Shown piece by piece: positions 1-10,627 of a DNA stretch of 64,000 bases. The DNA comes from an uncultured Gemmatimonadaceae bacterium (GTDB taxonomy: Bacteria > Gemmatimonadota > Gemmatimonadetes > Gemmatimonadales > Gemmatimonadaceae), in the NCBI GenBank assembly GCA_963829055.1, contig CAWHHI010000006.1, positions 512,001-576,000 on the forward strand, written 5' to 3'. Under the pieces are notes generated by a model that was not told the origin of the DNA, searched no databases, and saw only the letters and a list, made by a program, of their open reading frames with translations. The stretch's first letter is position 1. Every line of letters begins with the position of its first letter. A program made the translations under genes and the position numbers.

Positions 1-684
1 CTCGAGGGAGGGCTCGACTTCAAGAAGAACATGACGGAGGCGATGGACGGCTACGCGGGCATCGAGCACACCCTGCCGATCACGCCGCTCTACAAGGACG
101 CGGTGCAGCTCTTCGCCAAGAGTGGGACCACGTATACGCCGACGCTGATCGTGCAGTATGGCGGGCCGATGGCGGAGAACTACTGGTACACGCACTACGA
201 CATTCACGCCGATGAGAAGCTCGCGCGCTTCACGCCGCACACCGAGCTCGATCGTCGCGCACTTCGGCGTCCGTCCTGGTTCGCGGAGAGCCAGTACAGC
301 TTCAAGCAATACGCCGAACAGCTCAAGAAGATCGTGGAGGCTGGAGGACGCGTAGGCCTCGGCGGCCATGGCCAGCTTCAGGGACTCGGCGTGCATTGGG
401 AGCTGTGGAGCATCGCCAGCGGCGGAATGGCGAACCACGACGTCCTGCGCGTCGGCACGATCTACGGCGCCGAGGCAATCGGCGTGGCGCGCGACCTCGG
501 GTCGCTGGAGGTCGGAAAGCTCGCGGACCTTCAGGTGCTCGAGCGCAATCCGCTGGAGGACATCCGCAACACGAACTCGCTCCGCTACGTGATGAAGAAC
601 GGCCGATTGTACGACGCGAACACGCTGAAGGAGGTGGCGCCGCGCGACAAGCCGCTCGACAGGATGTGGTGGGTGGCGCCGTAG
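1..684 (+). CDS. Amidohydrolase family protein, C-terminal part (5' truncated by window edge)
   Basis: GIEH, GGHGQLQG, GSLEVGKLADL and VMKNG motifs typical of the amidohydrolase C-terminus. Confidence 0.85.
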   Translation, partial: LEGGLDFKKNMTEAMDGYAGIEHTLPITPLYKDAVQLFAKSGTTYTPTLIVQYGGPMAENYWYTHYDIHADEKLARFTPHTELDRRALRRPSWFAESQYSFKQYAEQLKKIVEAGGRVGLGGHGQLQGLGVHWELWSIASGGMANHDVLRVGTIYGAEAIGVARDLGSLEVGKLADLQVLERNPLEDIRNTNSLRYVMKNGRLYDANTLKEVAPRDKPLDRMWWVAP

Positions 685-1025
685 GGGTGACTCGACGTCC
701 GCGGCACCTTACGCGCACAACCGCTGCATCGACGTTCTGCGGTGGCGTGCCGTGCGGGAGTGGGCGGAGTTGGAAGCGGACGCACCAGAGTCGACGGAGC
801 CCGCCGAGCCCGCGGCGACTATCGTGTGGAGGGCTTGGGTTGGGTTGACGATATTGGGTCCACGAGACATGGTCTCTACCAACCCGCGCGACTCCGGCTC
901 TGTCCTCGTCGCTTCGCCCCGCGCATCATCACGTGTTTCTACGACCCCAGATCGTCTGGCCACGCCGGCGAGCCGCGACCCAGCGCCGCTCACGAACCCA
1001 ACTATACAGAAGTAGAGGAGGCTGG

Positions 1026-2414
1026 ATGCGTCGATTCACCGTCGTCGCTGCACTGACCGCATTGAGCGGTCTCGCGCCCGTCGCCCGCGCGCAGGATCCG
1101 GCGTCTCGCGTCACCGACTTCGACAAGAAGAAGGGCGGCAGCGAGAAGATGCATCAGCTCGCACGCATCCCCGCGCACGACGGCGCGTGGAAGGCCGCCG
1201 ACGTCGAGCTCGAGCAGGATCGAGAACCGGCCGTACGTCTACCTCTGCGGCTTCGTCAACTTCGACTTCACGATCTACGACATCAGCAACACGTCGTCGC
1301 CGAAGCAGATCTTCCGCTGGACCATCGAGAATCCGGAGCTGCATCGCGGCATCGGCGCGATGGACGGGAAGTACTTCAAGATCAACGGCCGCTACTACTA
1401 CGCGCAGTCGCTCCAGTTCCAGCAGGGCACGCCCGACGCCGACCTCGGCGCCGTCATCTTCGACGTGACCGGTCTGCCTGACGCGTCGAAGGTGAAGGAA
1501 GTCGCGCGCATCCGGTACCCGCAGTCGCCGGGCGGCTTCCACAACACGTTCGCCTACAAGCACTCCGACGGCCGCGCGCTCTACTTCGCGACCATCGAAC
1601 CAGTCGAAGGCGCTCATCTACGATCTCGAGAAGATCGTGAAGGGCGCCGACCCGGCGACGTGCGCTCATCGGCGAAGTGCCGAACCCGACGCCCTTCAAG
1701 CAGATCGGCGGCGGCGGGTACCACGACTTCTACGTCGGCTACGATCCCGCCACCCAGCAGGACAAGTTCTACGGCGCGGGCCTCGGCGGCTACTCGGTGT
1801 GGGACGTCACGAAGCCCGAGGCGCCGAAGTCAGCTGTTCACGATCACGAGCCTCGGCATGGACGTCGCGCACACGTTCACGCCGTCGCCGGACGGTCGTT
1901 ATGCGGTGACCGAGACGGAGTACCAGTACACGCCGCTCCGCATCTGGGACCTCGAGCCGGGCAGTCGGGCAAGACGCAGAACATCGACATCCCGATCAGC
2001 GCCTGGACGGCGGACTGGCGCGACCTCTCGCACAACCATGAAGTGCGCTGGCCGTACGTGTTCGTCTCCGCGTACGAGGACGGCCTGCAGGTGTTCAACC
2101 TGAAGGACCCGAAGAACCCGAAGACGGAAGGCCACTTCTTCACCTGCGAGTGCGAGCACGAGCACGGCTTCGGCGGATCGCCGAACAACGGGTGGCAGAG
2201 CACGACGAGCGTCGATGCAGGGCGCGTTCGGCGTCGACGTCCGGAACTACGACGGCCTCGTCGTCCTCTCCGACATGCGCACGGGCTCTGGCTGTTCAAG
2301 ATGGACGGCTTCAACGGCTGGAACGGCCACGACGTCGGCATGCCGAACATCTCGAGCGTCCAGGACTGGGATCGCGGTCCGGACAAGACCTGGAAGCCGA
2401 AGGTCGCGAGCTGA
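1026..2414 (+). CDS. Secreted LVIVD-repeat / choice-of-anchor-B-like beta-propeller protein (frameshifted)
   Basis: RBS GAGGAG, ATG 1026, signal peptide; repeated His-containing blades (GGFHNTF, GYHDFY, SHNHEV, AYEDGLQVFNL) spread over ORFs 1360..2103 and 1677..2414. Confidence 0.65.
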
Positions 2415-2417
2415 GCG

Positions 2418-2521
2418 GTCATCCCGAGCGCAGCGAGGGATCGTCGTGGCACCGGTACGATCAGTCCTGTCGCTGCGCTCAGGACTCGGCGCTCGCTCGG
2501 ACATGACGCCGCTCGATGACA
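2418..2521. repeat. Degenerate GTCAT REP-like palindromic element
   Basis: GTCATCCCGAGCGCAGCGAGGGA...GCTCGCTCGGACATGAC...GCTCGATGACA. Confidence 0.65.
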
Positions 2522-2525
2522 GGTC

Positions 2526-2988
2526 ATGAAGAACTTCTCGCCGCTGTCGCACTGCTGCCGCTCGGGCCGTACGACATCCCGCTCCAGAACACCCCGAAGA
2601 CGCCTAACGCGCAGCGGCACGGCGCGGCTCGTCTTCGCCGAGTCGCCGTTCGGCGTCGCCGTGACGGCCGACGGGCGCGCGAGCTACGACGTGCAGCTCG
2701 AGCCTCTCCGGACTGCCCGAGCCCTCGACGCTCGGGCCATACAAGGCCTACGTCGCCTGGGGCGTCACGACGGACCTCAAGCAGTGGCACCGACTCGGCG
2801 CCGGTCGACGAACGGCAAGTCCACCGTCGGGCACGATCGAGTTCAACAAGTTCCTGCTCGTCATCACGGCCGAGTCCGATTCGGCCGCCACGAAGCACGC
2901 GGGGCCGATCGCGCTCAGCGGCACGTCGCCGAGCGGGTGGCTGCAGACGTTCCTGTCGCATCCGCTGTTTCGCGGGGTCGCGCCGTGA
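2526..2988 (+). CDS. Hypothetical protein coupled to the multicopper oxidase (frameshifted)
   Basis: High-GC3 segments GTARLVFAESPFGVAVTADG...YVAW...FNKFLLVITAE...HPLFRG; TGA overlaps the GTG of the next gene. Confidence 0.55.
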
Positions 2989-4815
2989 TCCGTCGTCTGC
3001 GCGCGGTGCTCGCGCTGCGCTCATGGCCGTCGCGCCTAACGTGCACGCTCGGCCAGACGAAGCCGCCGGCGAAGAAGCCCGATCCGGCATGCCCGGGATG
3101 CCGGGCATGACGCACGACTCGGCAAGAACGACGCCGTCGAAGAAGCCGGGCGCGAAGCCGCAGCCAGCGACAGCCGGCGCCGATGAACATGCCCGGCATG
3201 AGCGGCGACAGCATGGCCGCGGGCATGCCGATCCCGATGCCGAAGGGCATGCCAATGATGCCGGGACTCATCGGGCTGACGCCGCCCGTGACGCTCGTTC
3301 CTGCCCGGCGCAGGCGTCGATCCGGCGACGGTGCCGGCCGCGAAGCCGACGCAGACGGTCCGGCTCAAGGACGGCGACACGCTCGACCTCACGGCGGGAC
3401 TCGTCAGGCGCACGATTCGCGGCCAGCGGTTCGTGATGTACGCGTTCAACGGCATGGTGCCCGGTCCGCTCATCCGCGTCGCGCAGCAGGCGACGATCAC
3501 GGTGCGCTTCCACAACAGGATCGACCTGCCGAGCACCGTGCACTGGCACGGGCTGCGGCACGACAATCGGTTCGACGGCGTCCCGGGCCTGACGCAGGCG
3601 GAGGTCGCGCCGGGCGGCGACTTCACGTACACGGTCCACTTTCCGGACGCGGGCGTCTACTGGTATCACCCGCACGTGCGCGAGGACATCGAGCAGGCGA
3701 TGGGACTCTTCGGCAACATGATCGTCGACTCGCCGGAGCCCGACTACTACTCGCCGGTGAATCGCGAGCAGTCGCTCGTGCTGAACGACCTGCTCATCAA
3801 CGCCGACACGCTGATCCCGTTCGGCAAGGAAGCGCCGACGTACGCGCTCATGGGGCGCGTCGGCAACGTGCTCACGGTGAACGGCGAGCCGGACTACAAG
3901 CTCTCGGCGCGGAAGGGCGAGGTGGTGCGGTTCTTCTTCACGAACGTCTCCAACTCGCGCACGTACAACGTCTCGTTCGGCGGCGCGCCGATGAAGGTCG
4001 TCGCGCAGCGACGTGAGCCGCTTCGAGCGCGAGGAGCGTGTGCCGAGCGTCGTGCTCGCGCCGGCGGAGCGGTACGTGGTCGAGGTGCGGTTCGACAAGC
4101 CGGGTCGCTACGCGCTCGTGAACGCGATCCAGGCGATCAACCACTTCGCTGGGCGAGTTCGAGCCCGAGGTCGACACGTTAGGCATCGTGACCGTGAGCG
4201 ACGGTGCCGGCCATCGCCCGACTACGGGTCGCGGTTCGCGACGCTGCGCGCGTACCCGGCCGTGTCGCGCGACGTCGATCGCTTCCGGCAGTACTTCGAC
4301 AAGGAGCCCGACGAGACGCTCACGCTCACGGTGCGCGCCGAACTCGCTGCCGCTCGCGACGGTGCAGTTCATGAACGTCGACACGGCGTACTTCGCGCCG
4401 GTCGAGTGGGTGGACGGCATGCCCGACATGAACTGGCTGTCCACGAGCAAGCAGGTGCAGTGGATCCTGCGCGACGGATGCGACGGGCAAGGAGAACATG
4501 GACATCGACTGGCACGTGAAGCAGGGGTCGGTGGTGAAGCTCCGGATCTTCAACGATCCGAAGTCGTTTCATCCGATGCAGCACCCGATCCATCTGCACG
4601 GCCAGCGCATGCTCGTCGTGTCGCGCGACGGCGTGAAGACGCGCAATCTCGTCTGGAAGGACACGGTCATCATCCCCGTGGGGTCGACGGTCGATCTGCT
4701 GATCGACGCGTCCAATCCGGGAGCGTGGATGCTCCACTGCCACATTGCCGAGCATCTGGAGTCGGACATGATGGCGGTGATGCACGTGGACGCGGTAGGC
4801 GATGGCAAACGTTAG
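2985..4815 (+). CDS. Multicopper oxidase with Met-rich N-terminus (frameshifted)
   Basis: All four copper motifs present: HWHG, WYHPH, HPIHLHG, HCHIAEHLESDM. Confidence 0.9.
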
Positions 4816-4830
4816 GCTCCCGGGTCGAGG

Positions 4831-4968
4831 TGTCATTCCGAGCGGAGCGCCGAAGGCGCGCAGTCGAGGAATCCTTGGCTTCGCCGATAGAGAGCCCTCT
4901 ACCAGGACGATCGAGGATTCCTCGACTCGCTCGCTCGCTCGGAATGACAGCCGTCGCTCGGCATGACA
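4831..4968. repeat. GTCAT REP-like element, type I, with duplicated right end
   Basis: TGTCATTCCGAGC..GAGGAATC..TAGAGAGCCCTCTAC..GATTCCTCG..GCTCGGAATGACA then GCTCGGCATGACA. Confidence 0.85.
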
Positions 4969-5966
4969 GCATTGGCTCCGACCTGATCACTCAAGCGCCT
5001 CACCGCACGCCGGAGTTCGAACGTGCCGAGTCGCTGATTCGTCAGCGGTTCGCGCCATCGCGATTGGTCAAATCGACAGCGCTCTCGGATCGTCTCGGAG
5101 CGGACGTGCACCTCAAGCTCGAATGCGAGCTGCCGACTGGCTCCTTCAAGGTGCGCGGCGCGTACTACGCGCTCTCTCGCCAACGTGAGGGTGCCGACGT
5201 CTCCGAAGTCGTTGCGGCAAGTACGGGAAATCACGGCGCCGCCGTCGCGTGGGCGGCACGCGAGCTCGGGCTAGCCGCGAAGATTTTCGTCCCGAACGGC
5301 GCCAACGCGACGAAGATCGCGCGCATTCGCTCGCTCGGCGCTCAGCTCACGGAATCCGGAGCCGACATTGAAGGCGCACGACGCGCGGCCGAAGCGTACG
5401 TGGCCGACTCCGGCGCGTTCCTGCTCGATGACGCGACGAGCGATGACGTCCCAATCGGCGCCGGCACGATCGGTCTCGAGCTACTCGCCGAGCTTCCCGA
5501 CGCGAGCGCGGTGATCGTGCCGGTCGGCGACTCCGCGCTCATTCGCGGCGTCGCCGCCGCGATGAAGGCGATCCGACCCGACGTTCATGTCACGGGAGTG
5601 CAGGCGAGTGGAGCGCCCGCGTACTACCGCTCGTGGAAAGCTGGTACCGTCGTGACGACCGAGACCGCGGACACGATCGCCGACGGCCTCGCGACGACGC
5701 GTCCAACTGACTCGAACGTGACGGCCATCCGGGCGCTCGTCGATGGGATGGTGCTCGTCGACGAGCGGGACATGCTCGACGCGATGCGATGGCTACGAGC
5801 ACATGAGAGTATCGTGGCCGAACCTGCGGGCGCCGCCGCTGTGGCAGTCCTGTTGAACGCGCATGCGTGGCCGTTTTCATCGACGGTTGCATTGATCACC
5901 GGCGGGAACGTCGCGCCCGATCTGGCGATGGCACTCGCTGGCGGCGATTCCTCTTCCACGCGTTAG
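4944..5966 (+). CDS. PLP-dependent threonine/serine dehydratase family protein
   Basis: LKLECELPTGSFKVRGA (PLP lysine), ASTGNHG, VPVG, EPAGA, ITGGN; start uncertain. Confidence 0.9.
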   Translation: MTAVARHDSIGSDLITQAPHRTPEFERAESLIRQRFAPSRLVKSTALSDRLGADVHLKLECELPTGSFKVRGAYYALSRQREGADVSEVVAASTGNHGAAVAWAARELGLAAKIFVPNGANATKIARIRSLGAQLTESGADIEGARRAAEAYVADSGAFLLDDATSDDVPIGAGTIGLELLAELPDASAVIVPVGDSALIRGVAAAMKAIRPDVHVTGVQASGAPAYYRSWKAGTVVTTETADTIADGLATTRPTDSNVTAIRALVDGMVLVDERDMLDAMRWLRAHESIVAEPAGAAAVAVLLNAHAWPFSSTVALITGGNVAPDLAMALAGGDSSSTR

Positions 5967-5971
5967 GCACC

Positions 5972-6348
5972 GTGGCCACGCCGCGCCTGCCACACCCGAT
6001 CATCCTTCTGCTCGGGACTGGGGGCTCAACGAGCTCTCGGGACTCTTCTTCATCGCGGCGCTCGTCATCGGTGTGGTCGGCGGGCTCGGCCCGAGTGGAA
6101 GCACGGCGGCGTATCTCAAGGGAATGGAGGGCATGGTCGGCGCCGCCATTCTCGTCGGTGTCGCACGTGGCATCTCGGTGGTGCTCACCGATGGCCGCGT
6201 GATCGACACCATCGTGCAGGGACTGGCGTCACCGCTCATCGGGAAGCCGCCCGCGCTGGCAGCGGTGTTGATGGTCCCCATTGGCTTTGCTGCGCGCGGT
6301 GTTCTGCTCGTCGCAGTCGTCGGAATGATTGGCATCCTCGCGGTGTAG
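5972..6348 (+). pseudogene. Internally deleted YfcC/DcuC-like membrane transporter remnant
   Basis: N-terminal RLPHPIILLL joined to the mid segment GVARGISVVLTDGRVIDTIV and a short C-terminus; about 125 codons, far shorter than typical family members. Confidence 0.55.
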
Positions 6349-6384
6349 TGGCACCGTGGGACAAGAACGGTAAGGCAGATCGGT

Positions 6385-7566
6385 TTACCGCATTGTTCGC
6401 CCGTCCCGAACCCAGACGTCGTTGCCGACCGTCACCGTAGCATCCGTGAAGAAATTCCAGCGGACGTATCCTCCCGTCACCATCCCACCAAGCTCGGTGT
6501 TGTCCCCGAGTGATAGACGCACGACGCCAGCGCCGTAGCCGTAATAGGGAATCCAGCGAGAACCGACCGTGGGAATCGCGAGAAGTGGATTCAACCCAAG
6601 CACAAACTCGCGGAAGCGCCGAGCGCCGTTGCCGCCGGAGGCCAGTTCCCGTTCCACCGCATCGCGTCCTGCGCCGACGCGTATGTCCGTGATCTGTCCG
6701 CGCGAGAACGCGAGCACGAGACCTTCGATGCGTTGGCCGGCCCACACACTCGGCGGGAACGCAATCGTTCCTTCGACGGTCTCTTCGAGCGGCGCGACGC
6801 GCACGGCGCCCGCGGGCAGCTCGACCTCCCGATCGATCAGATTGCGACCGCGCGCCGCCCGCGCCGCGGATGCGTCACCGTCCTGCATTGTCACCGGACG
6901 GTCACCAACGCGGAATCGAAGGTCGGTCCCCGCTGGCGTCACCACGCGTACGACACCCGCACGCAGTGCTGCAGCCAGCGTGCGTTGTCGCGCAGCGAGC
7001 GCACCGTAGTCCGTCTCGAGCAGTGCGTGCTGATACACGCGCGCGACGTCCGGCGTCGTCGCCATGAGAACGCCGTCGAGATCGTACGCGCCGGCCCAAT
7101 GAAAATGCACCGTTCGGCCGCGGCCACCCCTGAGCACGCGCTGCATTGACGCGTAGACCGGGTCGCTGGCTGTCAGGCCCGGCAACATGACGGCGACATT
7201 GACCGTGCGAAGATATTCGTCGCTCGACGGCTCGCTGCGCTCGCTCAGCCCTCGAGTGAACTCGGTTGTCCATTCGGGGGGCGGCGTGCTGCGCTCCGCA
7301 ACCGCTCCAAGGTCGGTTGCACCGGCGGCGCGAATTGCGGCGCGCAGCAACGGGACGAGGGCGTCGGACTCGCCCGCAACGCCGGCCAGGAGCACACGTT
7401 CTCCGCGGACGAGCCCCATCCGTTCGACGATCTTCGCGGCAACCGCGCGCCAGTCGGTGGACTCGGTCTGTGCATCCGCCATCGTCGGCCGCATCAACGC
7501 GAGCAGCGAAAACGCGGAACCGAGAAGACGAGATGAAAACCTCGCATTGCTGACACTCCTGAGCAT
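6385..7566 (-). CDS. Secreted peptidase M29 (thermophilic aminopeptidase)-fold protein
   Basis: Signal peptide; VVTPAGTDLRF, ELPAG, FREFVLGLNP, LSLGDN motifs. Confidence 0.7.
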   Translation of the reverse strand: MLRSVSNARFSSRLLGSAFSLLALMRPTMADAQTESTDWRAVAAKIVERMGLVRGERVLLAGVAGESDALVPLLRAAIRAAGATDLGAVAERSTPPPEWTTEFTRGLSERSEPSSDEYLRTVNVAVMLPGLTASDPVYASMQRVLRGGRGRTVHFHWAGAYDLDGVLMATTPDVARVYQHALLETDYGALAARQRTLAAALRAGVVRVVTPAGTDLRFRVGDRPVTMQDGDASAARAARGRNLIDREVELPAGAVRVAPLEETVEGTIAFPPSVWAGQRIEGLVLAFSRGQITDIRVGAGRDAVERELASGGNGARRFREFVLGLNPLLAIPTVGSRWIPYYGYGAGVVRLSLGDNTELGGMVTGGYVRWNFFTDATVTVGNDVWVRDGRTMR

Positions 7567-7822
7567 TCCTGGCTCCGCCGAGAGTGGGGCAGAGTATACG
7601 AAGCCCAGCAACTCCGGGCCACGGCAACTCTCAACGGTTGGTACCACCGATCTCACAGTTGGCACCCTGCGGGCAGCGACGATTCGCCTTTCGTGCATTA
7701 TGGCTTCGTCCGGCTGTCGATTCGAGCCTCGCTCATACGTCATAGATGTAGGCGGATGACGTCGACGCCGTGACCAGCAAGAACAGCCCGGAATTCTGCG
7801 GGCAGTCACACTGGAGGATGAA

Positions 7823-8233
7823 GTGTCATCGATCGCGAAGAGAAAGAGCACCGTGTTGGTCCCCACGCGCGCTGAGCCCACGCGACTCGGCGCCGAGCCC
7901 GCTTTGTTCGTTGCCGTTGTGCACGCGGAAGACGGAGTGCGATTCACCGCGACCTCCGATTCGCGGCGAGATCTCGTACGTCAGATCGCCGAGTACGCCG
8001 GACGATGGGGCGTGTACATGCTGCACCCACCTCACGCTCGACACCTGCGGGCCTTGATTCTGCGCGGCGAGTGGGAGGCGGCCGTCGAGCTCTACTTTGG
8101 TCTCGTCGGCAAGCGATGGGACAAGGAATGGCTCGTGACCGCCGTCGTACCGATAAACGCTCACCACGAGGCTGTAGCGGTGGTCGGCGAGGTCGCGGTT
8201 CGCGAAGCGTGCAGGTTGAGGAAGTCCATCTGA
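7823..8233 (+). CDS. Hypothetical protein
   Basis: GGAGG RBS upstream; 136-aa protein-like ORF. Confidence 0.6.
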   Translation: MSSIAKRKSTVLVPTRAEPTRLGAEPALFVAVVHAEDGVRFTATSDSRRDLVRQIAEYAGRWGVYMLHPPHARHLRALILRGEWEAAVELYFGLVGKRWDKEWLVTAVVPINAHHEAVAVVGEVAVREACRLRKSI

Positions 8234-8236
8234 ACA

Positions 8237-8266
8237 TTGACACCACTATTGTACCACTACTAGACT
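8237..8266 (+). promoter_or_regulatory. Sigma70-like promoter containing ACCACTA direct repeats
   Basis: TTGACA (8237-8242), 18-bp spacer, TAGACT (8261-8266); ACCACTA at 8242 and 8253. Confidence 0.6.
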
Positions 8267-8293
8267 GCTGAGGAACCGGGATTCGGAGGATCC

Positions 8294-9142
8294 ATGCGAG
8301 TCGGTGACTTCAGCGTCGAGATCGTTCCAACTGATGGCGAGGGCGTACTCGAGACCGCGTCGGGCCACGTGCTGGCGCGACCGGGCCAGGTGTACGCCCT
8401 CCGACTACGCAATCACGGTCCGCTGCGCGCGGTCGCTGATATCTCCATTGACGGCCACCCCGTCACGGGCGGCGGGTTGGTGATCGCGGCGGGAAGCTCG
8501 GTGAACCTCGAGCGACCGATCCACGCGACGGAGCGCGGTCGGTTCACGGTGATCGCCGAGGGTAACGAGCACGTATTCGGTCCGGACGGTGGACGCGATA
8601 ACGCCAATCTCGGCCTCATCGACGCGCGGTTCCGGCGCGAGTTGCCGCACACCGGCGGTCGCGTGCAGCGCATCCCCGAGTTTCCGTTCGGTCGCCCGGA
8701 TCCGCTCGGTGCTCTGCCGAGTCCAACGCCCGAGCAGTCGCCGGATGTGCCATCACGCCGGGGGATGGAGCCGCCGATGTGGGGGTCGCCCGACGTGCGG
8801 ATCGGGAGTTTGCGCGGTGCAGGATCGTCAGACGGACCCGATCGCCACGATCGTCGCGAGCAACGCCAGCCGAGCGCGATCAGCGCGCTCATGGCGCCGA
8901 CCATGCCGGCCGAAGCGCCCGCCGCGCCAACGCACGTGCGCGACGCGATCGAGCGGGCTGCGGGCACCGGGCTCACCGGCAGCTCACAGCAGGAGTTCAT
9001 GTCCGTGTACGTGGGACCGCTCGAGACCGAAGCGACGGTGATCCAGCTCCGACTCGTGATCGGCACGGATGACGCGTTGACTGCTGCGCGTCCACTCCCC
9101 GGCGTCGCGACCACCCCGGCGCGCCCGGCACCGCGACCGTAG
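8294..9142 (+). CDS. Conserved hypothetical beta-rich protein with Pro-rich insert
   Basis: GGAGG RBS, ATG; YALRLRN..ISIDG N-terminal part and GTGLTG..IQLRLV C-terminal part. Confidence 0.75.
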   Translation: MRVGDFSVEIVPTDGEGVLETASGHVLARPGQVYALRLRNHGPLRAVADISIDGHPVTGGGLVIAAGSSVNLERPIHATERGRFTVIAEGNEHVFGPDGGRDNANLGLIDARFRRELPHTGGRVQRIPEFPFGRPDPLGALPSPTPEQSPDVPSRRGMEPPMWGSPDVRIGSLRGAGSSDGPDRHDRREQRQPSAISALMAPTMPAEAPAAPTHVRDAIERAAGTGLTGSSQQEFMSVYVGPLETEATVIQLRLVIGTDDALTAARPLPGVATTPARPAPRP

Positions 9143-9154
9143 CGACGCGCGTCC

Positions 9155-9791
9155 ATGGCAGGCAACACAGTCTCCGAGCGGGCGGACGCCGCGCGCGACG
9201 TGATCGGCGAGCTGCACGCGTGGCGCGCGCGTGCGGTTCCCGACTCGGCTCCACTGGACGCGGAAGACGTCGCGCGGCTCGTGCGCGCGTGCTTCGACGC
9301 GTTAGGCATCGACGCCGAGGTCGGCGCCGACTTCTCCGTCAACACCGTCCATTACTATCGTCGCAAGGACATCCTGGACACGCCGGAAGGGCGGACGTCG
9401 GCGGCGCGGTATGGCATCCGGCACGTCTGGCAGGCGGCAGGCGCGCGGCTCGCCGGGTATCTGGGCCTCGTGACGCTGGCCGAGGCGCGGAAGGCCATGC
9501 GGGGCGCTGATGAGCGGACGCTCGTGGCGTTCGTCGCGGCACGCGTGATGGACGCGCGTGCGCGGCAGAGGTTGCGGGCGCCCGTCACCGCCCGGGCACG
9601 TCCGCTGCCCGGCGTATTGGCCGAGCCGGCACAGCGGGTGCCGCGCGGCGGGTGTCGCGGTGGGCGTCATTCCACTCCCGAATGAGGCGTGGTGCATTGT
9701 GCCTTCGTCACACCCAGCACACCATTCGACGGTAGCGGCTCGCGAGCTCGTTCACGCGCTGGCCGCGGCGCTCCGCGTCCAGATTCGTTAG
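9155..9791 (+). CDS. MerR-like HTH transcriptional regulator (frameshift near 9650)
   Basis: SVNTVHYYRRKDILDTPEGRTSAARYGIRH winged-HTH signature. Confidence 0.75.
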
Positions 9792-9843
9792 CCGGCTCGG
9801 CGTCGGCCGGATTCGTTAGGTAGAAACCACACGCATCAGCCAT

Positions 9844-10477
9844 ATGCCCACGATCTACACCCCGCAGATCATCGAGCGGTCGAGCCGCGGTGAGCGGACG
9901 TACGACATCTATTCGCGGCTCCTCATGGACCGCATCATCTTCCTCGGTACCGAGCTCGACGATGATGTGGCGAACATCATCATCGCGCAGCTGCTCTTTC
10001 TCGAGGCGGACAGTCCGGGCAAGGACATCCAGATGTACATCAACTGCCCGGGCGGGAGCGTGTCGGCTGGTCTGGCGATCTATGACACGATGCGCTACCT
10101 CGAGTCGCCGGTCGGCACGACGTGCATGGGCATGGCGGCGAGCATGGGATGTTTCCTGCTTGGCGCGGGTCACGCGGGCAAGCGCCGGTCGCTGCCGCAG
10201 GCGCGCATCATGATGCATCAGCCGTCGCAGGGCGGGATGCAGGGCGTCGCGGCGGACATCGAGATCGTCGCCAGGGAGATCCTGTACATGCGCGCGAAGA
10301 TGAACGAGCTCCTCGCGCGCCACACGGGTCAGCCGGTCGAGCGTATCGAGCGGGACTTCGACCGCGACCGGTGGATGTCGGCGCCCGAGGCGGTGGCCTA
10401 TGGCTTCATCGATCAGGTGATCGAGTTGCCAGGTACGCTCGTCGAGAAGCGTGATTCCATCGATTCCTGGCAGGTAG
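9844..10477 (+). CDS. clpP: ATP-dependent Clp protease proteolytic subunit
   Basis: [27 protein letters not shown] (Ser), MHQP (His), DRD (Asp); nearest TAG (10475-10477) is one base out of frame, so the called ORF reads into the repeat. Confidence 0.95.
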
Positions 10478-10608
10478 TCATTCCGCGCGGATTGTCATTC
10501 CGAGCGAGCGAAGCGAGTCGAGGAATCGAGACTGTACGCTGTAGAGGGCCCTCCGTCGGGACGATCGCGATTCCTCGCTCCGGCCTTCGGCCTCCGCTCG
10601 GAATGACA
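10477..10608. repeat. GTCAT REP-like element, type I, with duplicated left end
   Basis: GTCATTCCGCGC..TGTCATTCCGAGC..GTAGAGGGCCCTC..GCTCGGAATGACA. Confidence 0.85.
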
Positions 10609-10627
10609 TCCACCCATCTCCACTCTC

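Noticed and set aside
685..1025. Possible small ORFs or riboswitch upstream of the LVIVD gene
   Set aside because: No recognisable motif or RBS-supported ORF
4188..5966. 592-aa oxidase-dehydratase fusion ORF
   Set aside because: It runs through the oxidase mostly out of frame and across a repeat; the oxidase has its own stop at 4815
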